IMG/VR virus record: IMGVR_UViG_3300045988_034366 | Source: a virus | Reading direction: 5' to 3' (one strand) | Length of the DNA stretch: 64,000 nt | Shown here: piece after piece, positions 1 to 9,262 of the stretch | How positions within the stretch are numbered: the stretch's first letter is position 1 | How the letters are laid out: each line of letters begins with the position of its first letter | Translations under genes and position numbers: made by a program | Notes under the pieces: model-generated | What the model was told of the DNA's origin: nothing | Seen by the model: only the letters and a program-made list of their open reading frames with translations | Databases searched by the model: none

Positions 1-145
1 CTCCATCTTTGTTAAAGGTATCTTGTGTATCTACTACTATCTTATCTATATAGACATTCTTAAAGTATGGCATATCCAATACAGAACAATCTATATAGAT
101 TCCCTTATTACAAGGGATAACAAATAATTTATTAAATTCTACCAT
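1..145 (-). CDS. hypothetical protein, 5' fragment (ORF leaves the window at position 1)
   Basis: ATG at 143-145 on the minus strand (MVEFNKLFVIPCNKGIYIDCSVLDMPYFKNVYIDKIVVDTQDTFNKDG...). 48 codons without a stop. Co-oriented with the structural operon. Not in the ORF track because it has no stop in the window. Confidence 0.35.
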   Translation of the reverse strand, partial: MVEFNKLFVIPCNKGIYIDCSVLDMPYFKNVYIDKIVVDTQDTFNKDG

Positions 146-206
146 ATCAAGTTCTTTGATTAAAAGAAATAGGTTATAAAACCCTCACCCCTTTTATGTC
201 TCTAAG

Positions 207-1187
207 TTAGAGAGTTGCAATACTGAGACCTGTAGCAGTGTTGAAGGCTGCAATTACCTTATTAAGTTCTGCCTTATTAGCACATACAATTGTAATAGTC
301 TTTTCAGACTTTTGTACTGATTCATTGCTGCCAACATAAGCATAATGAATATCAAATACACAGTATGCCTTAGCTGGGTCTACAAGATAAGTAGTAGGTA
401 TGTTGTGAGGCCATCCTACTTGTCTGTACATATCTCCTCTCTCACCCATACAGAAGTATTCAAGGTCTGCAATAGTCTTACCATTGCCAATAGAACCACT
501 TGTACTTTCTGTTAGAGTAGCCCAATATCTTTCATCACCATTTACAGTAACAGGTACTGATTGTACTGTGAAGTAAACAGGGGTTTGAGCCATAACTCCA
601 AGTCTCCAAGGTTGCTCAACTTCAGTAATAACTACTCCAGTGTAAGTACCTGTGAGGTCTGCTACCTTAGTTGTAGGAGTTACCTCTGTAGTTGCAGATG
701 CAGTCTTAATCTCAATCTTGATAAGAGGAACTACTTCTCTGCTGAAGTTCTTAGCCAGAGAGACTGCAAGAACCTTATAGAACTCACTTGCATCCATGCC
801 AGCATAAGCATGTACCATACCATACTTGAAGTACTGGTCTTCATCTGACATACCTACATATTGCTTGAATGCAATTCTTAGGATGTAATCCTGTCCTGCA
901 ACAGGAGCACCACCATTGACATTTGAATCAAGAGCTATAGTTACTGACTTAAGGTCATGTGCCATAGCAGTTGCATCAGTAGCCTTTGCATAAAGGATAT
1001 TCTTTGTGTCAATTAGGTCACTTCTCATTAAGTTATCAGCACCCTTGTACTCAAAATACAGATGGCTCTTGGCAGTATCATTCTTTACTGCAATAGAACC
1101 AGCAGCATCTGAAGCAAGCACATGAGGAGTCTTGAATGCTGTTGCTACATAAAGTTGTCTTACTTGATTTACACTAAATGTCGCCAT
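207..1187 (-). CDS. structural-module protein, function unassigned (326 aa)
   Basis: Long ORF at the distal end of the minus-strand morphogenesis operon. No diagnostic motif seen. Plus-strand ORF 561-848 is an antisense shadow. Confidence 0.7.
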   Translation of the reverse strand: MATFSVNQVRQLYVATAFKTPHVLASDAAGSIAVKNDTAKSHLYFEYKGADNLMRSDLIDTKNILYAKATDATAMAHDLKSVTIALDSNVNGGAPVAGQDYILRIAFKQYVGMSDEDQYFKYGMVHAYAGMDASEFYKVLAVSLAKNFSREVVPLIKIEIKTASATTEVTPTTKVADLTGTYTGVVITEVEQPWRLGVMAQTPVYFTVQSVPVTVNGDERYWATLTESTSGSIGNGKTIADLEYFCMGERGDMYRQVGWPHNIPTTYLVDPAKAYCVFDIHYAYVGSNESVQKSEKTITIVCANKAELNKVIAAFNTATGLSIATL

Positions 1188-1218
1188 TTTAATTTGAAAT
1201 TAAATTATACAATAGATT

Positions 1219-1914
1219 TTATTTTCCTGCACTTGGAACCCTACTTATGATGGCAAGCCTAACTGCTCTCTCAAGTATTGCTCTATGTATTACAGGGTTC
1301 AGTCCACATTCTGTTTTTTTATTGATACCGTTGATTGACAAATCATTTGGTAAGTCATTCAGTATAATTGGGTTTGGTCTTGAAAGGTATCTGACAAGAT
1401 AACTAGCCACATTATACTTTGAAACTATTTCAACTGCCTCTTCATTAAGGTCAAGCCTTAAGGCTCTCCTCTCATTAGAACCCCTAAATGGATTTTTCCT
1501 TATCCTATGGTATTCATCCTGTGTAACAGGAGTTACACAAACATCTTCTCCACTCTTGCATCCTAATCCATCATCTTTCAAATCAACTGCCTCATAGGTT
1601 ATAAACCATAAGTCTTTGGGCAGCTTAAAGAATACTGAGTGCTTAGATAGTCCCTTATATGTAGTTTCCTTAATAGGGGTAGTGTAAGTTTTAATTAGGC
1701 CACTCAAGTATCTTCTGACTTCCTCAGTCTTTTCAAATGAGTCTCCAAATGTATTCTTACCATTGTACATATCTATTACCACATCTTCTTGTGCTTTGGT
1801 GAGAAAAACTGACTTCTCATATTCATCCAGCTCAATGGTATTAGGGGTTTTCTTTGTATTAGAGTAGCTGTTCAGTAAGGCATCAAACTCATTGGAAAAT
1901 TCTTCAGTAGTCAT
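1219..1914 (-). CDS. connector/head-completion-like protein, tandem paralog B (231 aa)
   Basis: Clear paralog of the adjacent 1914-2645 product. Shared blocks: EFSNEFD, LDEYEKSVFLTKAQ, RY..P.PIIL, DLSIN, IL[EQ]RAV. Its start overlaps the upstream stop at nt 1914. Confidence 0.75.
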   Translation of the reverse strand: MTTEEFSNEFDALLNSYSNTKKTPNTIELDEYEKSVFLTKAQEDVVIDMYNGKNTFGDSFEKTEEVRRYLSGLIKTYTTPIKETTYKGLSKHSVFFKLPKDLWFITYEAVDLKDDGLGCKSGEDVCVTPVTQDEYHRIRKNPFRGSNERRALRLDLNEEAVEIVSKYNVASYLVRYLSRPNPIILNDLPNDLSINGINKKTECGLNPVIHRAILERAVRLAIISRVPSAGK

Positions 1915-2645
1915 TATTCACTCCTTTGTCCTAATTCAACATCACTTTTTAGGTCTCCTGCATAAGCAGCTCTAGCTAGCTCTACTGCCCTCTGTAGTAT
2001 CTCAGGATGTGTCTCAGAGTCTAGCTCACAGCCCATTGCTTTTGTTTCCTTATTGATTGACAAGTCAGTTCCATCAAGATTTTCAAGTATAATAGGCTTA
2101 GGGTGCTTGACATATCTTATGTGATAGCCATTAGGGCTAACACTATTAAGATGTCCTACAATCAAGTTAATGTCATCTTCCCCATTGATTATTCTCCATG
2201 CCTGATTCTTCAAAGGTTGTTTGTAGGGCTTAGATGATACTCTAAGATATTCATCATACTTTATAGGTATGACCTGTAATCTGTATTTCCTATCATCATC
2301 TTTCTTTGTGACATCCACAACCTCATTTACTACTACAAAAACATCATCAGGCCAAGTAATCTTATATGCACCAGTTACATTTCCAAAGAATGATGTAGGA
2401 GCAGGGGCAGTACCAGAAGAGGCATAAGTCTTCATAAGTTTAGAGAAGTCCACTTGCCTCTTCTGAGAACCATCAAAGCCCTCCTGATACTTATTACCTT
2501 TAGGATTAAAGTAGTTCTTAATAATCTCACTCTGAGCCTTAGTTAAGAAGACTGATTTCTCATATTCATCTAAGCCTGGAGCTTGGTTAGACATTACATT
2601 GTTGTATAGAACATCAAACTCATTTGAAAATTCTGGTATAGTCAT
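1914..2645 (-). CDS. connector/head-completion-like protein, tandem paralog A (243 aa)
   Basis: Paralog of 1219-1914 with the same N- and C-terminal blocks. Only 1 nt separates it from the upstream gene. The functional label comes from position in the capsid module only. Confidence 0.75.
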   Translation of the reverse strand: MTIPEFSNEFDVLYNNVMSNQAPGLDEYEKSVFLTKAQSEIIKNYFNPKGNKYQEGFDGSQKRQVDFSKLMKTYASSGTAPAPTSFFGNVTGAYKITWPDDVFVVVNEVVDVTKKDDDRKYRLQVIPIKYDEYLRVSSKPYKQPLKNQAWRIINGEDDINLIVGHLNSVSPNGYHIRYVKHPKPIILENLDGTDLSINKETKAMGCELDSETHPEILQRAVELARAAYAGDLKSDVELGQRSE

Positions 2646-2646
2646 A

Positions 2647-3672
2647 TTACTTTAATTTAGCTTCCAATGCAAACTTTACTTCTTGATGCTTAGGAGAGTT
2701 CAAGTACTTAGCTGCTATATTGAGAGTAGGCTCTTCATTTGCCTCACACAGAGGAGAATTGTCAGCTCTCAAATACAGGTAATTGCCTCTATTAGAAATT
2801 AAGCCAGCTTCTATAGCCTTCTTAATAAGAACCTTTGTAGGAAGCATTGGGTCAGTAATTACTCTTAAGAATATCTTACTGTCATGCTGTATAAGTTCAT
2901 TAACCTTAGTCTGCAAGAACTCTAACTTAGCAGTCTTAGATGTAGGTCTGCCATCAATTGTTTCTACAATAACCCTCAGAGTGTCAAAATCATCCTCGAT
3001 TTTTCCAAACTCCTTGTAGCATCTCATTGTAGCACTCATATTACTCTTGGCAGTCTTAGTTTCCTCTCCTTCTGAGATAATAACAAACTGGTAAGTAGCT
3101 TTTGGGGTATCTTGCAGTGCCTGCAATGAAGGAGCAATAAAATCCTTATTAGCCAGCAATATCTTATATCTAATGTAGTCTTCTGGGTCAGATAGATTGA
3201 GGTAGTTATCCTGCTTAGTCAATCTAACCTTACTGATTCCCTTCTCATTACTATCATCCCAAAAGTTATCTACCTTCTTGTAGATGCTTAAAGCATTATA
3301 CTCTAGTCCCATAATCTCTTCAAGGAATGCCTTTTCCTTATCTGTAAGGACATTGACAAACATACCTGAAGATAGTCTAGGAACTACAAAGGTTCTGCTA
3401 GCTCCCTCTGCCATACCTCCTGCAAGGATATGCTTAGGGTTATTACCCCACATACCTGTCAGTTTAGGCACATGCCTTACAATAATCTTCTCATTCCTCA
3501 AACAGCTGACTACTTGGTCTGAGGGTTCTTCAATTTTTCTAGACCTCTTAGGTCTTTCAGGGGCAACTTCATTGCCCTTTACTTCTTGTAAAGGGGTTTC
3601 CATATCAGCACTATCTAAGTCAAAATCAGGTGCTGTATAGTCTACCTTCTCTTCCATCTTTTCTTTTGCCAT
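2647..3672 (-). CDS. structural-module protein, function unassigned (341 aa)
   Basis: ORF directly downstream of the capsid candidate and its terminator. Acidic N-terminus followed by a globular part. The plus-strand ORFs inside it are shadows. Confidence 0.75.
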   Translation of the reverse strand: MAKEKMEEKVDYTAPDFDLDSADMETPLQEVKGNEVAPERPKRSRKIEEPSDQVVSCLRNEKIIVRHVPKLTGMWGNNPKHILAGGMAEGASRTFVVPRLSSGMFVNVLTDKEKAFLEEIMGLEYNALSIYKKVDNFWDDSNEKGISKVRLTKQDNYLNLSDPEDYIRYKILLANKDFIAPSLQALQDTPKATYQFVIISEGEETKTAKSNMSATMRCYKEFGKIEDDFDTLRVIVETIDGRPTSKTAKLEFLQTKVNELIQHDSKIFLRVITDPMLPTKVLIKKAIEAGLISNRGNYLYLRADNSPLCEANEEPTLNIAAKYLNSPKHQEVKFALEAKLK

Positions 3673-3689
3673 AACTTCTCCGTAGTTTA

Positions 3690-3727
3690 TAAAAATAAAG
3701 GGGAGAAGGAGAGTAACCCCCTCTCCT
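3690..3727 (-). terminator. intrinsic terminator-like hairpin after the capsid candidate
   Basis: Minus-strand RNA forms AGGAGAG-7 nt loop-CTCTCCT (3707-3713 / 3721-3727), followed by a U-rich run (plus-strand A-rich 3691-3700). Confidence 0.55.
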
Positions 3728-3742
3728 CCTTTGGAATTATGA

Positions 3743-5254
3743 TTAGCCCTGTAGAACAGCAGGGATTAGTGACATAGTTCTTGTTGGGTCAAGAACACAG
3801 ATACCAAGAGTAGCCATTCTGTGGATTACAGCAGAATCCTCATCAAATGACATATAAGGATTACCCTTTTGACCTGTGAATGGATTTCTCAATCCCCACT
3901 GATAACCTCTGTATTCATTATCACCCTTAATCTTACACTTAAAGATATTAGGTTGGTCCATAGTACCAATGTACATAATATCATATCTGTAAGAGAAGGC
4001 AACACCTCCATTTGGATGGAGAATCTTGTTTCTTACGGGGTCATCATAGAATGGGTCTACATCAATCTTAACCCTTACTCCATTAGGAGCTTTGTATTCT
4101 ACAAATTGGAAACCAGCACTTAATGAGTTCTGATGAAGCTGTGATTGAGTCTTCTGTACAACTCCAATAGAGTTGTTATCAAGAACAAACTGAGTCCAAC
4201 CTGATACAGTCTTAAGTACTTCCTTGTGGAATTGGATAGCACCTCTTTCACCAGTCTTAATGAGGAAGTATCTATCACCAAAGTCCAACTTAGCAGCACT
4301 TAGCTCATATAGAGCATCTTCAAGAAGCTTCAAACTAAATGTGTTGTAATACATAGTATTAGCAACTTCCATTTGCTCAAATAAGCCAGCACCTGTCTTA
4401 ATAGCATTACCTGACTTACCAAAGTTCATGTACTCACCATTCTGATTTTTGTTGCTTCTACCAAAAGCAAGGGCATTGTTCTTGTATTCAGAGAACTGCT
4501 GTTCTACTTCCCAGTCTACATTGTGCATCCACATTGTAGCAACTGACTTAGTGTATCTACCCTCTGTTTCCTTAGTGATAGGAATACCAACAGCCAGCTT
4601 CTTATTCAGCATAGAACCTTCAACCTTGTGTTGGATTCTGACTACAGACCACTCATTTCTCATAGAAACAGGGCTTATAAATCTTACATCACCAACCTTT
4701 CTTGAAAGCTCCTTCTCAACAAATGCAGCCTCAACTGAGAATCTCTCACCTGCAAGTAATCTTTCAGCAGGAACACCTGCTGTGTTACCTCCAGCAAGCT
4801 CTACCTTGTAAACTGCATTAGTACCCTCCATTCTTGGGTCTCCGAGGATTCTGAATTGATAGACTTCATTCAGACTACCTACAATGTACTCACCATCAGC
4901 AAACCAGTCCTCAGGAAATACTAAGTAGAAAGGTGCAGTACCTACACCCACCATTCCTGAATCATTAGTTATAGGTGTACCATTTTCATCTCTTGCCTCT
5001 AAAAGAGGAATGTTTCTTCTTGAAGAACCAATAACATCCCAGTAGTACTCATTGTCATCCTCAAATTCTCTTGTTGGGAATTGGTTTAGGAATGTGTCAA
5101 GGGTCTTTCCTCTGTAGTAAGCTAACAGTTGCACCATTAGGTTTGTAGCCTTTTGTGGAGCTAACTGAAAGATAGAACCAAGGTGGTTTTCCTTAGTAAG
5201 TCCCTTCCAGTGCTGGAAGCCTACCATTTGAAACTTACCTAATTTTCCAGCCAT
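3743..5254 (-). CDS. major capsid protein candidate (503 aa)
   Basis: Sits right after an acidic scaffold-like gene and before a hairpin terminator. Its size fits the ~500-aa HK97-fold capsid proteins of crAss-like phages. The call rests on context and recollection, not on a motif. Confidence 0.6.
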   Translation of the reverse strand: MAGKLGKFQMVGFQHWKGLTKENHLGSIFQLAPQKATNLMVQLLAYYRGKTLDTFLNQFPTREFEDDNEYYWDVIGSSRRNIPLLEARDENGTPITNDSGMVGVGTAPFYLVFPEDWFADGEYIVGSLNEVYQFRILGDPRMEGTNAVYKVELAGGNTAGVPAERLLAGERFSVEAAFVEKELSRKVGDVRFISPVSMRNEWSVVRIQHKVEGSMLNKKLAVGIPITKETEGRYTKSVATMWMHNVDWEVEQQFSEYKNNALAFGRSNKNQNGEYMNFGKSGNAIKTGAGLFEQMEVANTMYYNTFSLKLLEDALYELSAAKLDFGDRYFLIKTGERGAIQFHKEVLKTVSGWTQFVLDNNSIGVVQKTQSQLHQNSLSAGFQFVEYKAPNGVRVKIDVDPFYDDPVRNKILHPNGGVAFSYRYDIMYIGTMDQPNIFKCKIKGDNEYRGYQWGLRNPFTGQKGNPYMSFDEDSAVIHRMATLGICVLDPTRTMSLIPAVLQG

Positions 5255-5296
5255 AAATAATTTAATTTATCAGTTATTTAGTTTACATCTCTGGGC

Positions 5297-6463
5297 TTAG
5301 ACATCTAACTTCCACCCCTTCCCAATAAAGGATTCAGGGTCCTCATCAACTCCACTTGCATATTTCAGACTACCATCTGAGGTTCTTGCAGTATTGTTAA
5401 GAGTATTTTCCAGCTCTCTAAGACCTTTCTTTACTTCTTTCTTTACTTTACCTTTCACTAAACCATCAAGATTCTTAAAGCCATCAGTTAGTGTAAAGAT
5501 TAGACCTATATTCTTTAGGAAATCTACTCTGTTCTCCATTTCATACCTTTGAATAGCAGTGTAGTATCTCCCAGTTTCAGGGTCTTTATAAACAGGCTTT
5601 GATATATTATCATATATCCTTTGTCTAGTTGCCTTATCTACAGACAACTCTCCAAAGACTTCCTTATCATTAAGGATAGATGTCTTCAGTTTTTCAGCCT
5701 GCCCTTTCCTTTCCTTCTCTTCCTGTTCTGCTTCTGCTTTTGCCTCATTGACAAGTTCATCATACTTGTCTTTGAAGAAATCCATATTGCTTTTCAAAGC
5801 CTCTTTAGCATCTTCAATATCGGTTCCAGCATTAAGGGATTTCTGCACTTCTCTTGCAGCTCTTTCCTTGCTATAACCTCTATTGATAAAATCTTGATAG
5901 ATTAGGTCTTTTCTAAGTTTTTCACCCTTATCACTTTCATCAGAGATAGACTCTTCCTCAATACTATCAAGGAAGTCGATTGTATTTTCATATTTCTTAA
6001 TCTCTGTAGGCTCTACTCCAGCAGTCAAAGCTTCATCAATTCTCTTCTGTCTTTCATCAAGACCAGCTTTTATTTGCTGCTCAATTAAGTCTCTAAAGTC
6101 TTCAGGCTCTTTAATCTTAGAATAAGACTCATCATCAAGGTCAGGGAAGATACCCTCCTCCTTCAAGGCTTTAGCAATGGAAGAGTAGAAGTTTTTGGGA
6201 GAAGTACCATCACCTTTCGGAGTGGTATCTTCCTTTTCCTCTTTATTATCTTTTCCACCACCTACGCTCTCTGGTTCAGTAAATAAAGTATCTACATCAA
6301 CCTCAGTAGTTTCATCTTTTTCTTTGCTATCATGGTTCTCTTCAGAACCATCTTCTCCACTCTCTTTACTAGGAGGTGGAGTTTCCTGTGCATCATCTTC
6401 TACAAACAGATTATCTATTTCCTCTGCTCCTAAGATGTTATCTAAGCTAAGTTCTTCTTCCAT
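5297..6463 (-). CDS. scaffolding-like protein (388 aa, acidic coiled coil)
   Basis: Very Glu/Asp/Lys-rich with coiled-coil stretches (EAKAEAEQEEKERKGQAEK). Lies immediately upstream of the capsid candidate. Has its own promoter at 6498-6529. Confidence 0.55.
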   Translation of the reverse strand: MEEELSLDNILGAEEIDNLFVEDDAQETPPPSKESGEDGSEENHDSKEKDETTEVDVDTLFTEPESVGGGKDNKEEKEDTTPKGDGTSPKNFYSSIAKALKEEGIFPDLDDESYSKIKEPEDFRDLIEQQIKAGLDERQKRIDEALTAGVEPTEIKKYENTIDFLDSIEEESISDESDKGEKLRKDLIYQDFINRGYSKERAAREVQKSLNAGTDIEDAKEALKSNMDFFKDKYDELVNEAKAEAEQEEKERKGQAEKLKTSILNDKEVFGELSVDKATRQRIYDNISKPVYKDPETGRYYTAIQRYEMENRVDFLKNIGLIFTLTDGFKNLDGLVKGKVKKEVKKGLRELENTLNNTARTSDGSLKYASGVDEDPESFIGKGWKLDV

Positions 6464-6497
6464 ATACTTCTCGTCTTAGTGTTATCTTAAACAGGTG

Positions 6498-6529
6498 CAA
6501 AGATAGATAAAATTTTATTTGCCTACAAT
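6498..6529 (-). promoter_or_regulatory. Bacteroides-type promoter (ATTG-N20-TAtcTTTGcac)
   Basis: On the minus strand the -7 box TATCTTTG is at 6498-6505 and the -33 xTTG at 6526-6529, with a 20-nt spacer. The ATG at 6463 lies 34 nt downstream. Confidence 0.6.
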
Positions 6530-6580
6530 ACAGTAAATAAATTACTTTGAATATACAAGTATAATATTTATATAATAGGC

Positions 6581-6610
6581 AAAAAGAAAGGGCAGGATGC
6601 TATCCTGCCC
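6581..6610 (-). terminator. intrinsic terminator
   Basis: Minus-strand RNA forms GGGCAGGAT-AGC-ATCCTGCCC (9-bp stem, 6590-6610), followed by UUUCUUUUU. It starts 8 nt after the stop of 6618-7088. Confidence 0.8.
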
Positions 6611-6617
6611 AATCAAA

Positions 6618-7088
6618 TCAGTGTTCCCTAAAATATTCTACTACCTTATTCTCAGACTTACTGTCAGCATCCTTAAACCAGAATACTATGGCAGATTCAA
6701 TCACTTTCTGCTCTATACCATCTGTAAACCAACTCCTAAACAATTCAGCATAATCATGGTATTGAGAGTTGATAGCTACATACACATCAGTAGCTGTTAC
6801 AGATGTTGGGAGTATTCCCCTATATCTTTCACAAACTTCCTTAGCCTTGTGCATATCAAACTTCTCTCCACTATATTTTCTGCCATTCTCAGTGTGATAC
6901 ATTCTAGATACGAGATACTCTGCTTCAGATTCACTGAAGTGGTCTCCTCTAGACATAGAGTCTCTCATATATCTCATGACTCTATCCATATCATCACTTC
7001 TCATGTGGTCTCTAAACTTGTCTGAGAGTCTTTCATTTCTTGGGTCAAGCATATCCATGAACTCATCAGGGCTATTATGTCTTCTCAT
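6618..7088 (-). CDS. hypothetical protein (156 aa), monocistronic unit
   Basis: Bracketed by its own -7 box (7141-7148) and terminator (6581-6610). Plus-strand ORF 6597-7025 is treated as the antisense shadow. Confidence 0.7.
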   Translation of the reverse strand: MRRHNSPDEFMDMLDPRNERLSDKFRDHMRSDDMDRVMRYMRDSMSRGDHFSESEAEYLVSRMYHTENGRKYSGEKFDMHKAKEVCERYRGILPTSVTATDVYVAINSQYHDYAELFRSWFTDGIEQKVIESAIVFWFKDADSKSENKVVEYFREH

Positions 7089-7140
7089 ATAGAAGTAGTC
7101 TAGTTATACGGTTTTATCTCTTTGTAAACGTTTACAAGTG

Positions 7141-7148
7141 CAAAGATA
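7141..7148 (-). promoter_or_regulatory. -7 box TAtcTTTGcac (no clear -33)
   Basis: The minus strand reads TATCTTTGCAC, 52 nt upstream of the ATG at 7088 and just downstream of the terminator at 7239-7266. Confidence 0.4.
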
Positions 7149-7238
7149 TACAACTAATTTCAGAATACCTATCATTACTAATTAGCCCCATAACTCTATG
7201 AGTTACAGGGCTTTTATTTAGCATTATGTTGCTGATTC

Positions 7239-7266
7239 AAAAAAAAAGCAGCCCTACTTGGCTGCT
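7239..7266 (-). terminator. intrinsic terminator
   Basis: Minus-strand RNA forms AGCAGCC-AAGUAG-GGCUGCU, followed by U9 (plus-strand A9 at 7239-7247). The hairpin overlaps the stop codon of 7254-7595. Confidence 0.8.
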
Positions 7267-7595
7267 TTATCATGTTTATAGAAAACATCTGTTATCTTAT
7301 TGTATATATAAGTAAGGAGATAGGCATCAACTTCATCATTATCCCTTTGTGGTTCATATCCTATATATCTCCATATAGCATTCTTGACATGCTCTGACTC
7401 ATGAGCAATACTGCTTCCCCTCTTGGCATTTACAGCTACAAGAGATGCACCATAATTATGTATAGTGATTGCATTTGCCTCTGTTTCCATTTCATCAGCA
7501 GGCAAAAACTTATCACATTCCTTCCACTTATCAAATATAACTATTGTCAGCTTATAGTTGAATATAGGGATTGTTATTTTCTTTTGGGTTATCAT
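7254..7595 (-). CDS. small HExxH zinc-metallopeptidase-like protein (113 aa)
   Basis: HExxH signature in SIAHESEHVKN. Its start overlaps the stop of the upstream HTH gene by 4 nt (7592-7595). Confidence 0.6.
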   Translation of the reverse strand: MITQKKITIPIFNYKLTIVIFDKWKECDKFLPADEMETEANAITIHNYGASLVAVNAKRGSSIAHESEHVKNAIWRYIGYEPQRDNDEVDAYLLTYIYNKITDVFYKHDKAAK

Positions 7596-7819
7596 ACTTT
7601 CTCCTTTCTTATTTTATTCCTTCTTATGAACTCATCAAGAGTTTTCTTATCCCATGATAATTCTTTGAAACCTGCTTCGTGTTTACCTCTGGGTAAGTAA
7701 CCTTCCCTAACATAGTTGTCAAAGGTTGCTCTACTTACATTTAAGTATTCACAGGCAGCATACTTGCTTAATCTCTTCTCCTTATCAGTAAACCTCTTTA
7801 AGCTATCTACTATCTCCAT
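7592..7819 (-). CDS. helix-turn-helix DNA-binding protein (excisionase/MerR-like, 75 aa)
   Basis: LSKYAACEYLNVSRATFDNYVREGYLP fits an AlpA/Xis-type HTH. Confidence 0.6.
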   Translation of the reverse strand: MEIVDSLKRFTDKEKRLSKYAACEYLNVSRATFDNYVREGYLPRGKHEAGFKELSWDKKTLDEFIRRNKIRKEKV

Positions 7820-7855
7820 AGCTAGGCTTTGCTCTACCTGTTCTTCTTGCCATAA

Positions 7856-8326
7856 TTATAAGATTTTAATTGTTATTTTTTCACCTTTATCATGCTTGTC
7901 TTTAAGGAGTTTGTATAGCTCCTTAAAAGTTTCTTTGCTGTTTATTACTTGACCTTTAACTTTATTAACACCTACTAATAAGCATCCTGCTGAATCTTTA
8001 TCAGTATTACCAGCATGAATAAGTATGCCTTCAAAGCCTTTTACATTAAGTAGTCTAGGTAGTTTACTATTGCATACTTGCTTATAGAAGGGTTTAGTAC
8101 AGAATCTAGGAGAAATAACATCTAATGTAACTTCATAAGTACCTCTTGGAATAGCAGTAATTGAAGGCTTTTTCAGCTTCCTAATCTCTGCTATTGACAT
8201 AGAATCATCTAACCCTCTGTCTGTGTCTTCAAGTACATTGCAGAACCACTTGCCATCTATAGTAAGATTACTTATGGTGTAGCCCTGCTTCTTCCATTTT
8301 CTGTCCACTACTAATTTCATGCTCAT
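7856..8326 (-). CDS. putative peptidoglycan-acting enzyme (YkuD/L,D-transpeptidase-like signature), endolysin candidate
   Basis: GILIHAGNTDKDSAGCLLVG resembles the H...S-x-G-C catalytic signature. Lies next to two membrane-anchored coiled-coil proteins. Confidence 0.45.
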   Translation of the reverse strand: MSMKLVVDRKWKKQGYTISNLTIDGKWFCNVLEDTDRGLDDSMSIAEIRKLKKPSITAIPRGTYEVTLDVISPRFCTKPFYKQVCNSKLPRLLNVKGFEGILIHAGNTDKDSAGCLLVGVNKVKGQVINSKETFKELYKLLKDKHDKGEKITIKIL

Positions 8327-8645
8327 TAAAAAGGTTTAAGTTTCTCTTTCTCAATTGGCAGGTAAGGTCTGTACATATAGAACTCATAAGATGAAACATT
8401 TGTTTTCTAAGTTCTCCTACTTCTTGTTCTAATCCTGAATTTCTCTTTAGTACCTCTTCCAGCCTTTCTCTATTATCTGATGACAGCTTCTCATAAAAGT
8501 CCAATGATTCTTTCATGTTGCTTATGAGATTGCTATCAACCTCACTATCATATTTCTTTCTTGCAAAGAACCATGATGTCCAGCCACTAACTATAGTGGT
8601 AATAAGTCCAATGCACCCAGTGATTAGTATTCCTAAGTCAATCAT
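8268..8645 (-). CDS. membrane-anchored coiled-coil protein (holin/spanin-like candidate, 125 aa)
   Basis: N-terminal TM helix (LGILITGCIGLITTIVSGWTSWFF) followed by a coiled coil. Overlaps the next gene by 59 nt. Confidence 0.5.
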   Translation of the reverse strand: MIDLGILITGCIGLITTIVSGWTSWFFARKKYDSEVDSNLISNMKESLDFYEKLSSDNRERLEEVLKRNSGLEQEVGELRKQMFHLMSSICTDLTCQLRKRNLNLFNEHEISSGQKMEEAGLHHK

Positions 8646-8647
8646 GC

Positions 8648-9262
8648 TTATTTTACAATTTCTATGAATCTATGTTGCTTGTTCTCGATATAGGGGTTCT
8701 TCTCCACGACTTCTACTCTAACCACTTTATGCTTCTTTTGAAATAGTCTAAATAACCAACATTTCTTTGGAGGATTTATAGTTTCTTTCTTATAATTTAC
8801 TATTACATATTTCTCACTAATAAACTTGGGAGTGGTAACAATGGTGCTAGGATATTTAAGTTCAAGTCCTATTTGATACCATTTATCACCAAGTAATGTA
8901 TCTATGTGCAGTGTAGGCTCTCTGAATATAGTATCTCTGAACTCAATTGTATCAGTCTTTGATGCTTCAGAGAGCATATATTGCATAGCTTTTAGGTTCT
9001 TATCCTTTATCTCTAGCTCCTTCCTAACCCCATCCATCTTCTGTAAGATGGAATCATTATAGTAACTGAGCTGCTCTACTGTCAGTTGAAATACTCTAGC
9101 ATCATTCTTCAATGATGAGTTTTCATCAGAATATGCCTTTATATTAGCAGCAGCAGTTGATAAGTCCTTTTTTAACTCTCTGTTATTATGGATTAGTATA
9201 GAGATAGAGGCAATTAATATAGCCCCTATCCCTATGACTATCCAGTTCAGTATTTTATTCAT
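8648..9262 (-). CDS. signal-anchored coiled-coil protein (204 aa)
   Basis: N-terminal hydrophobic anchor (ILNWIVIGIGAILIASISILI) followed by a coiled coil. Confidence 0.55.
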   Translation of the reverse strand: MNKILNWIVIGIGAILIASISILIHNNRELKKDLSTAAANIKAYSDENSSLKNDARVFQLTVEQLSYYNDSILQKMDGVRKELEIKDKNLKAMQYMLSEASKTDTIEFRDTIFREPTLHIDTLLGDKWYQIGLELKYPSTIVTTPKFISEKYVIVNYKKETINPPKKCWLFRLFQKKHKVVRVEVVEKNPYIENKQHRFIEIVK

